From: Paragordius varius
Lineage: Eukaryota > Animalia > Nematomorpha
Direction of reading: 5' to 3'
DNA: 64,000 nucleotides
Assembly (NCBI GenBank): GCA_964247055.1
Contig: OZ176054.1
Coordinates: forward strand, 3,720,001-3,784,000
A program made the position numbers and the translations under genes. How positions within the stretch are numbered: position 1 is the first letter of the stretch; each line of letters opens with the position of its first letter. The notes under the pieces are model-generated. The model ran no database searches and was not told where the DNA came from. It worked only from the letters and a program-made list of their open reading frames with translations. Of the stretch, positions 1 through 13,200 are shown in pieces.

Positions 1-78
1 ATACTAAATTAAAATATCCCTTTTTATCTTTTTCCAACAAAACCTCAACGGTACCTAAAAATTACAGCAATTATTTAC

Positions 79-499
79 CATAATAAGCTGCAATATATGG
101 CTTTAATCTAGATGGTATATCATATTTGTAAAATTCTTTTTCTTTGTTCTGCAACGGTTTGCATATGGTATGTTTATCAAATTTGAGCATGCATAAGTGA
201 CCACCAACTTGGTGTAAAAATGGTTGCAGGTTCACAGTTAATTTATTATTATTAAGTTTTGTGTCCACATTACTTAATACATTATTATTAGGTTTAAATT
301 TAATAGAATCACAATAATGAGATTCCGATAAATCACTTTGGTGAGCTGGAAAAAATTTTGGTAATGTTCGGTCCTTTGATATCAATAATGCTTCCTGGGA
401 TGATTCATCCGTAGTTTCATCAATAGAATATGTAGGAGTATCAATATAATCAGCGTTCTTATTTAAGTCATTTTGATTTACGTTAAGGTCCCATTCCAT
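79..499 (-). CDS. IP6K: Inositol hexakisphosphate kinase (IP6K/IPK family), first coding exon; gene continues off the left edge
   Basis: Translation contains LQPFLHQVGGHLCMLKFDKHTICKPL...EKEFY...PYIAAYYG, matching the IP6K N-terminal block (LEPFxHQVGGH...CKPL..RE..FY...P.Y.G). ATG at 499 with an in-frame stop upstream; phase-1 donor G|GTAAAT after 79. Confidence 0.88.
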
Positions 500-1314
500 A
501 AATAAGGGTTTATTCAAGCCAATAATTTAATAACCACTAGGATTGATTATAACAGACCATCAAAAATAAATTTTATAATTTTTTATTTAATTAATAAATT
601 ATAAAAATATTATAGATGCTTATGATAAAGTTTCTAATTAAAATTAGTTTTATCAGAGTTTTTTTAGGGATTCTTTATAACTACAGCATACAATTCTAAC
701 AATTAGTTTAAACTTAAGCAAAAGTTATAGATAAGCAGGATATTAAATAATAATACAGGTAAAATATCATATTTATAATTTATCGCTAATGCATATTTAA
801 TAATTTGCACCTATTAAGTTTTTTGTTTGGGGCTAAATCTTTTAGACTAACTTATTTATTATCAGTACATTAATTTTTAAAACATTATATATTGCTTATA
901 TGGGCAAAATAAAAAATACGCATTTTTTTGCGCATATTTTAAGAAACTCCTTAATTGTAAAAAATCATCTCGATCTTAAAACTTATTTGCATATTATTTG
1001 ATTCGAAAATATAGAAGGCAAATATTTAAAATATACAAACAAATTAATTTTAGAAATAGAGCATTTTAGCAACAAATTTTGAAATTCATGAATAATGGCC
1101 TGTTTAAAATCGCGTTTTAGGTTTCAATTTCGAATCTAATAGTTGGAAAACTGCAAATATATATTTTTATTTAATGATTTGATTTGAACCAAAACAACTT
1201 TTAAAATAGTAGTTTTAAATAGAGCACGGATTCAAAATATAATTGTTTTGCATGAAATATCTTATTTTTCATTGCAAAACAAAACATTATAAATCAGATG
1301 TATCGCAAGTTTAT

Positions 1315-2276
1315 CACTTTGATAAAACACATTTCAGTCCTCCGATTCAAATTGAGATCTATAAGGAACCCAGGCTTGTTAAAAATCAAATATTAACACT
1401 TGGATACAACACATTCATTTTAGTCCTTCGATTCAAATTGAGGTAGTTAAACCCAGGCCTATTTAAAATTAAATTCTTTAAAAATATGGAAGGAATCCAA
1501 ACCATGGCAAAATTTCTACTTATATAACATTGATATACCGAAATATATAAAAGATTTTATTCAAAAATACTTGTTATTACTTATTTTCAGCTAAAACCGA
1601 ATTCAGTCAACGTAGTGATTAGTAAAATTATTACCTTTAATTTTACCTTTAAAATTAAATGAATACAATATTTTTCAAAAATTTTGTAAAATAAAAATGG
1701 GGTCGAAGTAGTTTGACATGGAACTTTTATTCAGATATTTTGGCATATTTATATAATTTTTATTAGGATAGAAGCATAAATTTCAATTGGGACCGTTTCA
1801 CTCAAGAGCTTTTTAAAAATCCTAACTCAAATTTAGTTTGGGGTATTTAGATACCCCAATTTAAACGGAAGTGTTAATATAAATGAAATCCATTGCAAAA
1901 GTTTGCACTTCTGCACCAAAATATAAAAAAATATTGATTTAATAAACCTTGATATTACTGAAATAAAGAAAAACCTGAAGGTAAAAATTTAGTCAATATG
2001 ATATCTGGTCATTAGCTCAATATAAAAATAAAGGCAAGATAAACTACTTTTACATTTGTTAGATATGATTTAAGTAAAAAATTAGTCTTAATTTTAGCGT
2101 TATAATCAAATAAACATGATATTTTGCAAAATTGTTGTAAAACAATGGCGTCAAAGTATTTTGATATGGAACTTTTTCTGTCAAATTTTAATTTTGAGTT
2201 TTTATATATTTTTATAATTGGAACCGTTTCTCTCAGTAGTTTTTTAAAAATGGATACATAAATTTGAATCGAAATG
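1315..2276 (+). mobile_element. Old diverged copy of the TTAA-target MITE family, split by a younger copy
   Basis: 1315-1392 matches the family long end (CACTTTGATAAAACAC...TCCGATTCAAATTGAG). 1878-2276 continues the internal consensus to a decayed short end (TTTGAATCGAAATG-TTAG). Confidence 0.75.
1397..1873 (+). mobile_element. TTAA-target (piggyBac-like) MITE, internally shortened copy
   Basis: TTAA at 1393-1396 and 1874-1877; ends CACTTGGATAC... and ...GGAAGTG; clearly homologous to the copies at 15268, 48704 and 54394. Confidence 0.85.
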
Positions 2277-3626
2277 TTAGTTAAAAGATCGATGTACAAA
2301 ATTTCGGTATCCAAGATATCGTATTTTTGTAAAAATATATACCCTCTTAGAAAATAAGGCAGATAAATTATAATAACTAAATTTTTCCTTTTTATAAGTT
2401 AAAGTAATGGATGGGGTAAATTTAATAAATGGTCAGTAACAAAAACATTTCCAAACTAAAGAAAGGTGTAAAATGCCTTGCGAATGTCAATATATCCATA
2501 ATTAGCTCTGTAGATAGTTGAAACATGCCTCAGGCAGTAACGTCGTTTAAAAATGGAATGTAAACGCAAACATTGCTGGATTATGTCAAAATTGTCAACG
2601 AGAACGAATAATTTATGTTAAGATAATTAGAATTCTCGTAAAAATTTAATTATACACTAAAGACTTCTTAAAAGCAGATTATTTAAAAATATTTACCGAT
2701 CCGAGAAAAAAAACAATAAAGAAGAACCACATTGACATCACACTTTTACATTTTTTGTTTTTATCATAATTTATAATTACTTTTTTAGAATATTGTTTAA
2801 AATTTATTTTATCATTATTATTTTCTTTTTAGTTAATTCTATGAAAAAGATACTACCATGCATCTAAAATTTTGGATTTAGTTTAATTTAATAAATTTTG
2901 CGAGAATTCAAATTATTATTGATGGATTATCTTTCGATATTTGTCCTGCTTTACTATTTTTAATTAACCATAGACTTATAGGGGATTCTAAATTAATATG
3001 AGAAAAAAGAGCATAATAATGATGTTTATGAAATATGTCTTTGATATCAAAGTCATCTCTTCTATTCCAAACTTCCAAACTTTAATTGATTAATTTTGAC
3101 AAAACTTTTTTATTAATTTTGTTATTCTTTATTTTTTCCCCTTTAATTTTAATTTATTTATTAACCAAACGATACCCAAAAATAATAATAATCTGTACTA
3201 TATAAAAATTTAATTTTAACAATCAGTATTACATAAATATTTCTATTTTTACAGATTTTAATATTTTCACCCGAAGAACGATTATTTACATTGTACGAAA
3301 CGTCCGGATTTTTTTCTTATATATTAAATATTTTTTTTCCATTCACACATCTAAATATATCTATGAATTATTTAACCCCCCCCCCCCCCCCCCCAAAAAA
3401 AAATTTATTTAACTCTAACATTTTTATTTAAAAATGTATATAATAACCCTTCAGCTCCTTAAATAAACACTTTTAAATTATCTATGGTCAATTTTTACAA
3501 ATCATTTAAACTTGAGGCATAAATATGGAACAATAATATTAATTTTACAGCCAAATAAGGCTTAAAATGTATTGAATTTCAATATTTTAATAAATTTGTA
3601 TTAAGTTTAAATTTATTAGTAGATTA

Positions 3627-6600
3627 TCAAATGTCTTTGCTTAACTGGCTTTTTTCTTCATTGTTGATTGATAATGATGATTGCGTAGCTAAATGTGTAT
3701 AAATTTATAATTAATTGATAAAATTATAATTATCTTTTAAAACTGATATTTTTCGTTCTTATCGTGATTTTGATAGTTACCGCGCTAAATTAATTTTTAA
3801 CCCATATATATGTTCAATTTATTTTTACATAAAATATAATATATTATTTACTAAATAAGAAAATAATCATTTATAAATCCAGATTCAAATCACATTTAAC
3901 TCTAAAATATTAAATAAAACTAATTTTTATAATTAATTTCAAATAAATTAAAAATTTCAATTTTTTTTAAATTATGAAATGATGCTCCAGTTTAATTGCT
4001 TTTATAATTATAAAGGGACCGGATTAATAACCCAGTTTAAGGTATGCTGTAATGTATATTGTTAAATAAAATAACCGATTTATGATAGTAAAAGCATGAA
4101 GAATAATATTATTCTTATTTCTCTGTTTGCCACGTGTTTTCATGAGTTATTACCAGTTTAAATAAGAGAAGACGTAAGAGAAAAGTACGCAGACGATTAT
4201 TTTGATTCATACTTCATTTCAATTAATCTGGCATCAAGCGACAAACACACACAAGTATAATTCACAAAAATTAGTGACTTTTGTCCAAAGACTTGCCTCA
4301 CTCATTTCCACCACAAGAAAAAGACTGTAAGTTATTTCCGGCCAGAAAACAACTACATGGCAATGCTTCGTTTCGTACAGCGAAACCAAAGAAACACTCT
4401 AAAATCGCTTCTATAGAAATTTTTTCCGCATCTAAACTCTTGTAAACCTTGCGCCATTTGACTATAACTTCGCATTAATGTGGCACACCTTCGCAGTAAT
4501 AATATTGAAAACATTGGAAAATGCCTTTACAAATTATTTGCAGCAAAACTCATTTTGAGAAGCCGATGTACAATATTTTGACTTATATGTAATTGATTTT
4601 CTTTCTAAGTTCATGTGTATTTACCAAAAAAATGAGAACAACTTATGAATACACCTGGTATATATTGGCAAACACCGATTACCTGTGAAAGATTATTATG
4701 ATCGGATCTTAATGTTAAAATTTTTATGTCTGTTTACTAGCTTGAATAAATTTGATAACTCTATTATGAAAAATATCTTACCCAAATTAAATATAATTAT
4801 ATTTATATTATCGCATGCCCAATTACATTAATTGCTACTTTTTATATATATATTCAAAGGTGGATCAAAAATATAAAGTTACCATGCGACGAAGCAAAAA
4901 ACATTCATCTGTGCTATTATGCAAAAATTTTTTAACCGTTAAATTAGGTAAAGACGAGGATTTCAAAACAGATTATTGTCTTATATTCATCAAATTTTTT
5001 CTCAGTTCTATCAATGATGTATTCACCGGCTCAACATTTGAGACTAACTGAGCGTCCCGTGAGGATCTGCTGAATATGGCTAACATAAATATATGGGCCC
5101 TTTTAAAACTTTTTTTGGGTCATTTACCCCCAAAAATTGGATAGATGAAGCCTTATTTATGAATGTATATTAAAAGGCGTTGTTTACTTATTAAAATTTC
5201 GATATTAATAGGTTGTTTTAACATTTTTTGAATTAAAATGTTGACCAAGAAAATATGCTAAATTGATCATAAAAAATAGTGGCACACAATTGAATAATAC
5301 GCTAAACTATTAAATGGGATACAGATTTTCAGGAATAAAATAGTTTTTTAATATAAATAATATGCAGTTTTGGTAATAAAATATATAAATCCAACATATA
5401 TATACATGTGTAAACCCTTAATTTGCTACCTCAAAAAAATATTATTTTAAAAATGGATGAATTTGATTTGATGAAAACAATGATAAAATATGGTTTAAAA
5501 AATATAAAAAAATTAAAGTTTACCTTGTTTAAACGAATTGGTTGTTGTGTTGTTTGAAGATGTAATTGTAATCGTTAAGGAATTTCCAAGACCACTTTTT
5601 GTAATTAAGTCTCTTGCTATCATAGCATTGCATGATTCTTTGGAATTATCCAAAGAATTTGTGGATACTGGTATTGATTTGTCATCATTAGGAATGGTGT
5701 CGATAATTTTTGTTGCCGGCAAAGTCAATAGGTTAGGGGGAGATGGGGGTCGTTGTACAAGGCTAAATTGACTTGGTTGGAGAATTAAACTGGATTGTTG
5801 CGGTATTGACGGGTAGGTAGAACCTCGAGTCAAAAAGGTAGGACTGTAATTCGAGGTTTCATACCAAAACTGTGGACTTCCTGGCATATTTGGACTAAAT
5901 ATGTGATATATGATTATAGTTTGTGAATTATATGCCTAAAAATATTTTAATTTTTGGATTAAAATTGTTTGTAACTAGGTCCTAGATACCTGCCAGTGTT
6001 AGTTTGCCTTTGTAAATGTAATAATTGTGTGTTTTGATTCGGAATATATGGTGGGCTATTTTTTTCCCAGTATACTCTGGCGTAATCAGTTAAAGTCAAA
6101 GAATTACCACCATATGTTTTGAGCACATTTGGATGTACATCCTTTAATAAAAGGGTGTCAGGAGAAACCGCTCTATCTAAGCCTTCAGACTCATAAATAA
6201 ATGTTTCAACAGCATCGTTCCATGAGATATATTTTGGGTTAGTGTTGTATGAGTTTAGGTTCTTCTCCTTAATCTGAAGAGTGGATAAAGAGGTATTTTT
6301 CTTTAATATACTTTTGTGCTTTTGTTTACTATTAACCATCTTGTCATTAGGTTGGATAGAATCATTTGATGCGTTATGAGCCCGCATAATATTTTTATCG
6401 TTTTTTAACTCTGATTCGGGTAATTGTTTTGATAAGTTATCTTTACTCTGCATCCTAATGTTCGACTGGCTTATATTATTCTGAGGGTTATTAATTTTGG
6501 GTGTTTCTAGGCCCTCATTTTTTTCTGGTTTAAATTCCTTAAGACTCAACTTTGAATTCTGTTCCACTTCTTTGGGGTCAGGCGAAATGTTTTTTGAGGC

Positions 6601-7023
6601 AGCCGCAGTGTATAAGCTTGTTTTTGGTGATGATGAAACATTATGTGCGGAGGAGTTAACCAAAGAATAATCCTTTTTTGTATTTTCCTGGCAATTTTTT
6701 GGTATGCTTTTTCGGCTTATACTCATTCTTTGTTCAAGGTCGGAGAGTCGATCACGTTCCCACCTAAACTTTGTATAATCATACCACCACCAACTTTTAT
6801 TCGTGCGTAAAAAGTAATGCATATTACGTCCATCCCAGAACTGATGAGAAAAGGCATAAATTTCACAGGGAATCGGGTGCGCCCATGGTACATTTATCCA
6901 ACACTCCATCGGTTTTGGGGCATTATATTGATTTTCCAAAGAATGAGTTGCCTCAGAATCATTTTGGGCAGAATTCTTTTTCGTATCAATGTTCCCTTCT
7001 TCATTATTATTTTCAGGTTGCAT
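3627..7023 (-). CDS. Orphan protein of about 490 aa, mostly low-complexity; 3 exons 7023-5990, 5894-5524, 3688-3627; carries SILK and RVxF-like motifs
   Basis: ATG at 7023 and a 354-aa ORF. Phase-2 intron 5989-5895 (GTATCT...ATTTAG) joins the 5513-5887 ORF in frame. Phase-1 intron 5523-3689 joins a last exon ATQSSLSINNEEKSQLSKDI*. All phases are consistent. Confidence 0.7.
4340..4570 (+). pseudogene. Mariner transposase C-terminal fragment inside an intron
   Basis: Degenerate LHxNA..RTAKP...EIF.H....L.PxDY..ALMWHT matches the mariner LHDNAPSH...YSPDLAPSDYHLF.SM.H region, with frameshifts. Confidence 0.7.
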
Positions 7024-8299
7024 AACAAATAATATACCAACTAAACAACCTAAAAAACTTGATAATCATTTACAAAAAATTAAACGACATTTAATTAAGC
7101 TAAATCATTTTTTATACTGTGATTGTCTGTTAATATCGTCACTTACAACAATCAACTTTTATTTTGCTGTATATTTATTATATAAAAACATTTTTATCCT
7201 CATTCTATCGGTAATATAATATTTTTTCAGAATAAACATTCGCATAAATTGGTATTATTTAAATACATACTTTTTAAAATAAAAGTTGTTGTGCTGTTTA
7301 AAAGCATTTTTTTTATATAAAGCATCAAATCAAAAATATTTATTTAGGATTTGGAATGTATAAATAAAGAGTCATTTTTTGTATGGAGAATATTTTTTTT
7401 AAATGAAGATGTGTGCATAATACACAAATCAGGTCACCACGTTCAAAAATAGTTTTTTTAGCGGCTATTTTTAACGCTAAGGACGGACAAACTTTATAGT
7501 GTCCGAAACCGTACGCAAATTTTATTTATTCTTATGACACGTTTTTAAATAAATTCCATATTTATTAATGTATACATATTCATACTGTATATAAAATTGA
7601 GAAATCTAAAAAAATGTATTTATTGAATAAAGAGTGCCCCCATTTAATATGATATTATTAGCGTATGTATTTATAAGATTTACGATTAATGCTAGTCCGC
7701 CATCGAAAGAGAATTGTCACAAATGAATCAATCAGCCATATTGGATTACATTGAACTAATTCTCGACTTCTCAGGAAACGCACAAGTGAGTTTTGCAAAT
7801 GTGCCTCAAGACAACTATGGAAGACATAAGATGTAGTTACGCAAGTAGGCACAGATAGGTTAGTAAAGTATGGCTTCGGTTAAAGACATTTTTACCCTAA
7901 TGGTTATTTATTAAATATTTTTGTATAACATTCAAATAAAGTTAATGATAGCCAAAGACAACGTACTTAAACAACAAATTTGAAGGAACCGGTTAAAGGC
8001 GGTGTACAACTGGCATCAAATTTTAAAAACTATTAAACCGTTTCTGTAAATAAAACACTTTCAGGATTTACCACACTTTGCATTTAGTTTATGATAAATA
8101 TTTTATTTTGTTTGATCAATAAACTAACATACCAGTTTTATAAGATACATATCGAAATGCAAAGATATTTAATTTATAATATAATTTGCGATATGCAAAT
8201 CTCCCATTTAGTTCATTAAAACTGATTAATGTAATGAATTAAAACGTTAATCGAAAGCCTTTAAAACGGTTCTTAAGTTACCGAAAATATGGACTTCAG

Positions 8300-8674
8300 C
8301 AGTGGGGTATCGAGGCGGCGCCCGGGGTATACACTTTTATGGCGCCCCTCCCCCCTTTTTTTAAAAAGCTAATAATACAATTTAGTTAAAATAATACAAA
8401 CGTAACCTAAACACCATAGATAAGACAGCACAGTCACATAAATTTCAAATCTATTAAATATATATATTTATATGATACTAAATTTATTTAATGGTGCTAA
8501 TTAGGTGAATAATAGAGTATATATTAGGATTACCTAAATTGCTGAAAAATCTTATTTGAAAGTTCTTATTATTTTTGCATAATTAAAATTTAATTTTAAA
8601 AAATCATTTAAGCGCCCCTAAATAACGGCGCCCGGGGCATGATGCACCCCCTGGCCCCCCCTCGTATGCCCCTG
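8300..8674. mobile_element. hAT-type MITE (same family as 51481-51825, opposite orientation)
   Basis: Ends CAGTGGGGTATCGAG and CTCGTATGCCCCTG; degenerate 8-bp TSD GACTTCAG/AACTTTAG; body is the reverse complement of the 51481 copy. Confidence 0.85.
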
Positions 8675-8968
8675 AACTTTAGTTTCATACAACTAGTTTT
8701 GAAACTATTTAAAATGCCAAAGGCCAAATATGAATATTAGATTAACGTTTTACAATCAACTACAAATTCGGACACCGCCTGGCGATTTTGGTCAAGGCAT
8801 GAAGATGCACTAAGGGCAAGGACCAATTTTTTAATTATTTACAAAATTATATTCAAGCCATTTGTTACTTAAAAATCGCTTTAAATTAGAGCATAAAGTA
8901 TTTAGATTTTAAATGCTGCATTACATTTTCTTGATAATAGTTAGGCGTACTAAAATTGTGATATACTA

Positions 8969-10099
8969 TCAGGTATAACTATCAGTGTTTTTACCTATCT
9001 AGTAAAAAATGTAATAAGGAAATCAATTATTTATTTTATTCAAATTGTCCATCAGCTTCTACACATTTTGCCCATCTCTCAAGTAGCTTATAATTGTCGT
9101 GGCAGAAAAATTGATCGTCTCATGCAGAAAACCATCCATCAAGCCAATTAATATCTTAAAAAATGTGAACTGCGCTGCGAAGGTGTGCCCCATTGATGAA
9201 AAGTTGATTAAAGACGGCGCCAGGTCAGGTTTAGCGGATGCGGAAAAATTTCCTATTAAAGAGATTCAAGGTGTCTTCCACTGGTTTTGTTGTGTGAGAT
9301 GGAGCATTGTCATGTAGCAAAATTACTTTGCCATGTTTTTCCGGCTGTTTCTCGATTAATGCATGGTTTTAATTAATATTTTTAGTTAGTGTTGTGTATA
9401 AACGATACGGGACCTCAAAAGTTCATACCACTTTGATCCCACCAGCCACAAAGCATATTTTCTTGCCGATTTGGCATCATTTTTCCGCTTTAGATTTACA
9501 AAAAAGCCATTTCTTATCACCCGTCCCAAATAAAATGCAAAAATGATTTCTTTTAGTGACGTTGAAGCAGGAATTAACTAGTCACTTTGCGATTTTCGAG
9601 CAAACATTCATTTCATTTTGTGGAATTCCTTTACCGAGTTAATTGGTCTAACCCATTGCTCCTAGACATTTATTAATTGTTTTTTTATACACATAATACT
9701 TCTGATAAGCGCCGTCGAATTTCGAGTTTCAGTTGGGTCATCATGCAATAACTCTGGCATCGTCTTTGCAGTTGTGCGGTTTACTTAAGCGCCCACACTT
9801 TTTCACATTTCATAACCTTTAATATAACCATATTTTACAGTTATAAATAGAGCATGTTCACCATATGTTTCTACTAACAAACGATATCTTTCATCCGCCT
9901 TTTTCGTCTGCTGGCAATGCGTGTCGCAAACTTTCTTTTCCAGGCATAAATGATGTTACTGAATGATAAAAGTAAGACTTTTTTTTGTGAACTCAATTTG
10001 TGGGTGTTTGTAGTTTAATGTTGCAGAACAAAATGGGGTACGGATAAAATTAATCTTCACTGACGTCTTCTTCCGGTAAGAAATTATAAATACACCTGA
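8969..10099 (-). mobile_element. Decayed near-full-length mariner (Tc1/mariner) transposon with pseudogenised transposase at about 9960-9036
   Basis: Minus-strand fragments MPGKESLRHAL, YRLLVETYGEHAL, TGDKKW, MLCGWWDQ, KVILLHDNAPSHT, PDLAPS, ERWAKCVEADGQFE*. Degenerate TIRs TA-TCAGGT... / ...ACACCTGA-TA with TA TSD. Many stops and frameshifts. Confidence 0.9.
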
Positions 10100-10285
10100 T
10101 ATTTTCCTAAGCGATTAAAAAACTAAATAGCAGGGCTAGAAATAACCTTTAACCGATATTTAATAAACCGCGGCTTCGGCAAAATCAGAGTAATCATAAA
10201 ATTATTTATTAAATAATGTATACGATAAAAATGATATTGTAAAAACTTGATTAGTCATTTGTGTATGGATTATAATTTTAAAAAT

Positions 10286-13200
10286 TTAATAAACACTATT
10301 TGAAGTATTTTTAATAGATAATTTGAGATCTTGAGGTAGATAATTTTTCAGTCCATGTATAATATATTCAAGTTTTAAAATTGTACGATGATAGTTTCCG
10401 GGACTTGATTTAAAATACTTCTATAATATGAAATAGAAAAATTATTTTGTATTTTAAATTTATTAAATTTGGCCTAAGATAATAAAAATTATATACCATT
10501 TTTTCAGTAAAGTTAATGATGGCATCAACAATAATGGTTTCTGAGAGGGTAAAATTTTCCGAACAACCATTTTTTTTGATTAATTTAGGGGATATGATAC
10601 CCAACAAATTGTTTGCATTGTAGTCATTGGAGTTTTTGAAAAAATCTTTTAAACCCAAAATTTTCTGAGATAGTATATCTGTAATGTTTGATTGTAATTG
10701 ATGTGTTTTATCCTCAAACCAGTAATAAAAGTTAGGTGTTGCAAGAAACTTCCTTGAATAATATACAGTAAAAATATCATAAAGATAAAATGTAAAAAGA
10801 AAAATATTTTATTAAAAAAACAGCCTAATTTTTTAAAACCTTAATATTTTGAACATAAACTATGTAATACTTTTAAAATATATAATTGAGTGTCTACTGA
10901 TTTAGATCTCTAACGCTTATTTTGTAACCCAAACCGATAGGTTATATTTAAAAATATCAAGGTTAAAAAAAAATGGTATCTTATTATAAAAATTATTTGT
11001 TAGTTTTTTATACTTTTAATCTTTAATGTATTTTCAAAACCTTGCCAAATTGCAAAATGATTTAAACATATTATTAACAATATTTATGATTTCTTTCAAT
11101 AATTAAGAAATATGTTTTTCACAATAATCATAGTATCAACCGATATAAATTTTTCCAATCCCCGTTAAGAGGTGTTTTGTGATGAGCCACGTAGTGTTGA
11201 AGGTAAAGAATAAAATTTTCGGTATTGAAGGCTTTAATTGTTGGAATTTTCTATGAATTTTTAATTTAAAAATTAGTTTTAATCGGGTTAACTATAATAA
11301 AAAGGAATCCCTGCATACCTTATGTGGCAATATATCGTTTTTATGTGGCATTAATGTGTGCATATATAGATCCTAGATAGGTATGATATAAATACATTAA
11401 ATAAACGTAATATTCTATAAATCTCATTAATCAGGCGAATAGTAAACGCAATTCCTAAATATCATGTAATTTATCACATTTTTAAAAAAATTTCATTGCC
11501 CAAAAAATTAGTTTTCAGCATATATCGATTAAAAAAAATTTATTATCCAAAAAACAGTTTTACACCTAAATGTGTAAAAATATTCATTTGCCTTTATAAG
11601 CATTTTATTTAAGTTAACAATTTATTATACGCATCTTGAAATGCATTTTTAAGTATTTTTTGTGGCAAATAAATACGAAAATATACCAATGGGATAAGGA
11701 ATGACCGCGTAAGATTTTCCAATTCTTTCGATATTAAGCCATTTTTTATTTCGTTTGATTTTGTCTAATGATAGTATGATGAATATTATAAAATATTTTT
11801 ATAAAAAAAGCATAAGAATAAGAATCTGAGTTAAATTATAAGTTTTTAAATTTGCTTATTATGTTAGAGCAGTAATTGTCATAAAATAAAAAATTTGTAA
11901 TCATCAGTGTAAAAATCAATTAAGATATGAGATGAGCCACGGCTTAAAAGTGACGTTAAACAACAAATTTCCAAAAATATTTCTTGGAAACAAAATAAAA
12001 TTGAAATTACTTATAATTTCTGTTATATAAACTACGCAAAGCTTATTAGCACCCATTATATTTATTAGAATGTAGTAATAATTTTAATTTTTTTGAAAAT
12101 AACTGTTTCATATTTAAAATTTACTTGTGATTGCAATTTAAGGATGAAGGCCTTATCCTTGTGGAGATATGGTTTGTATTTAGTATATAACCCTAAATTG
12201 GTATGGAAAAATAATATATATGTTTATTTAATTAATATAATTTTTTGCAAATACATAATCCATGGTTAAACTTTAAAATTTTTAGAGTAAAATTATTTAC
12301 AAAATAAATTAGTATCTCTATTAATATAGGTATTATTGTTAAATTATATTACTAAACATTTAGGTATTATAATTCATACCATTTTTATTTTCAAAAGGTT
12401 TGACTGGTTTGGCTTTACGAATGTTTGACTTTTTATTCGATGAAGGTTGTAAATCTATAAAAAAAATGTTAATTGTGTATAGAATTATAAATATCAATAT
12501 ATTAATGAGAATATACCTACCGATAATCCTAAGAATATGTGGCCAATGTTGCATATTTTTTGCAAAATATAGGTTTGTGACACCAAATATAACTGAAGGA
12601 CTAAAATATATTAGATAAAAAAAGCAAGGATTCATCTATTGAATTTTTTGACTATGATATCAGTTCCTCTCTCAGTGAAAAAGTTTTGGCCCCGGATCCA
12701 TTGTTTTTTGTTTATTCCAAATTTTGGTTCATTTTTATTAATTTGTATGGCGGAAATATGTAGCCATAAAATGTATAAACATATAGATAGCGAATTTTAT
12801 TGGAGTTCTACCTTTCTTTAATAAATCCAAAATTCACTTTATATAGCAATTCTTTCATAAAGGGGGTAGGACTTCGAATTCGGAGTTTTCGTACCACGAA
12901 GTAATTCATATTCATAATGTTTATACTTCATGGTAATCTGAGGCAATTTTTTACATAACACATGCCCTTGTGTAAAACTAATGATTTTACAGATCACTGG
13001 AAACTGACCTTTGCCCTTACCGCATTTTCATGGCCCAGCCAACACCGAGGAAAATGTAAAAAATTTACAAAATCATACTATTGAAGCCGTTTAAAATAGA
13101 GCGCCTAAGGTTTAAAAACGGTTCGAAAAACGCTTATTCTTTCAATTTCAATCATCAAAAAAGATGGGTTCCTTATATATGGATTAAAAGATTTAAAAAA

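Noticed and set aside
1243-2314. ORFs 1243-1446 and 2012-2314 (also 49161-49352)
   Set aside because: They lie across non-coding MITE sequence and show no protein-like motifs.
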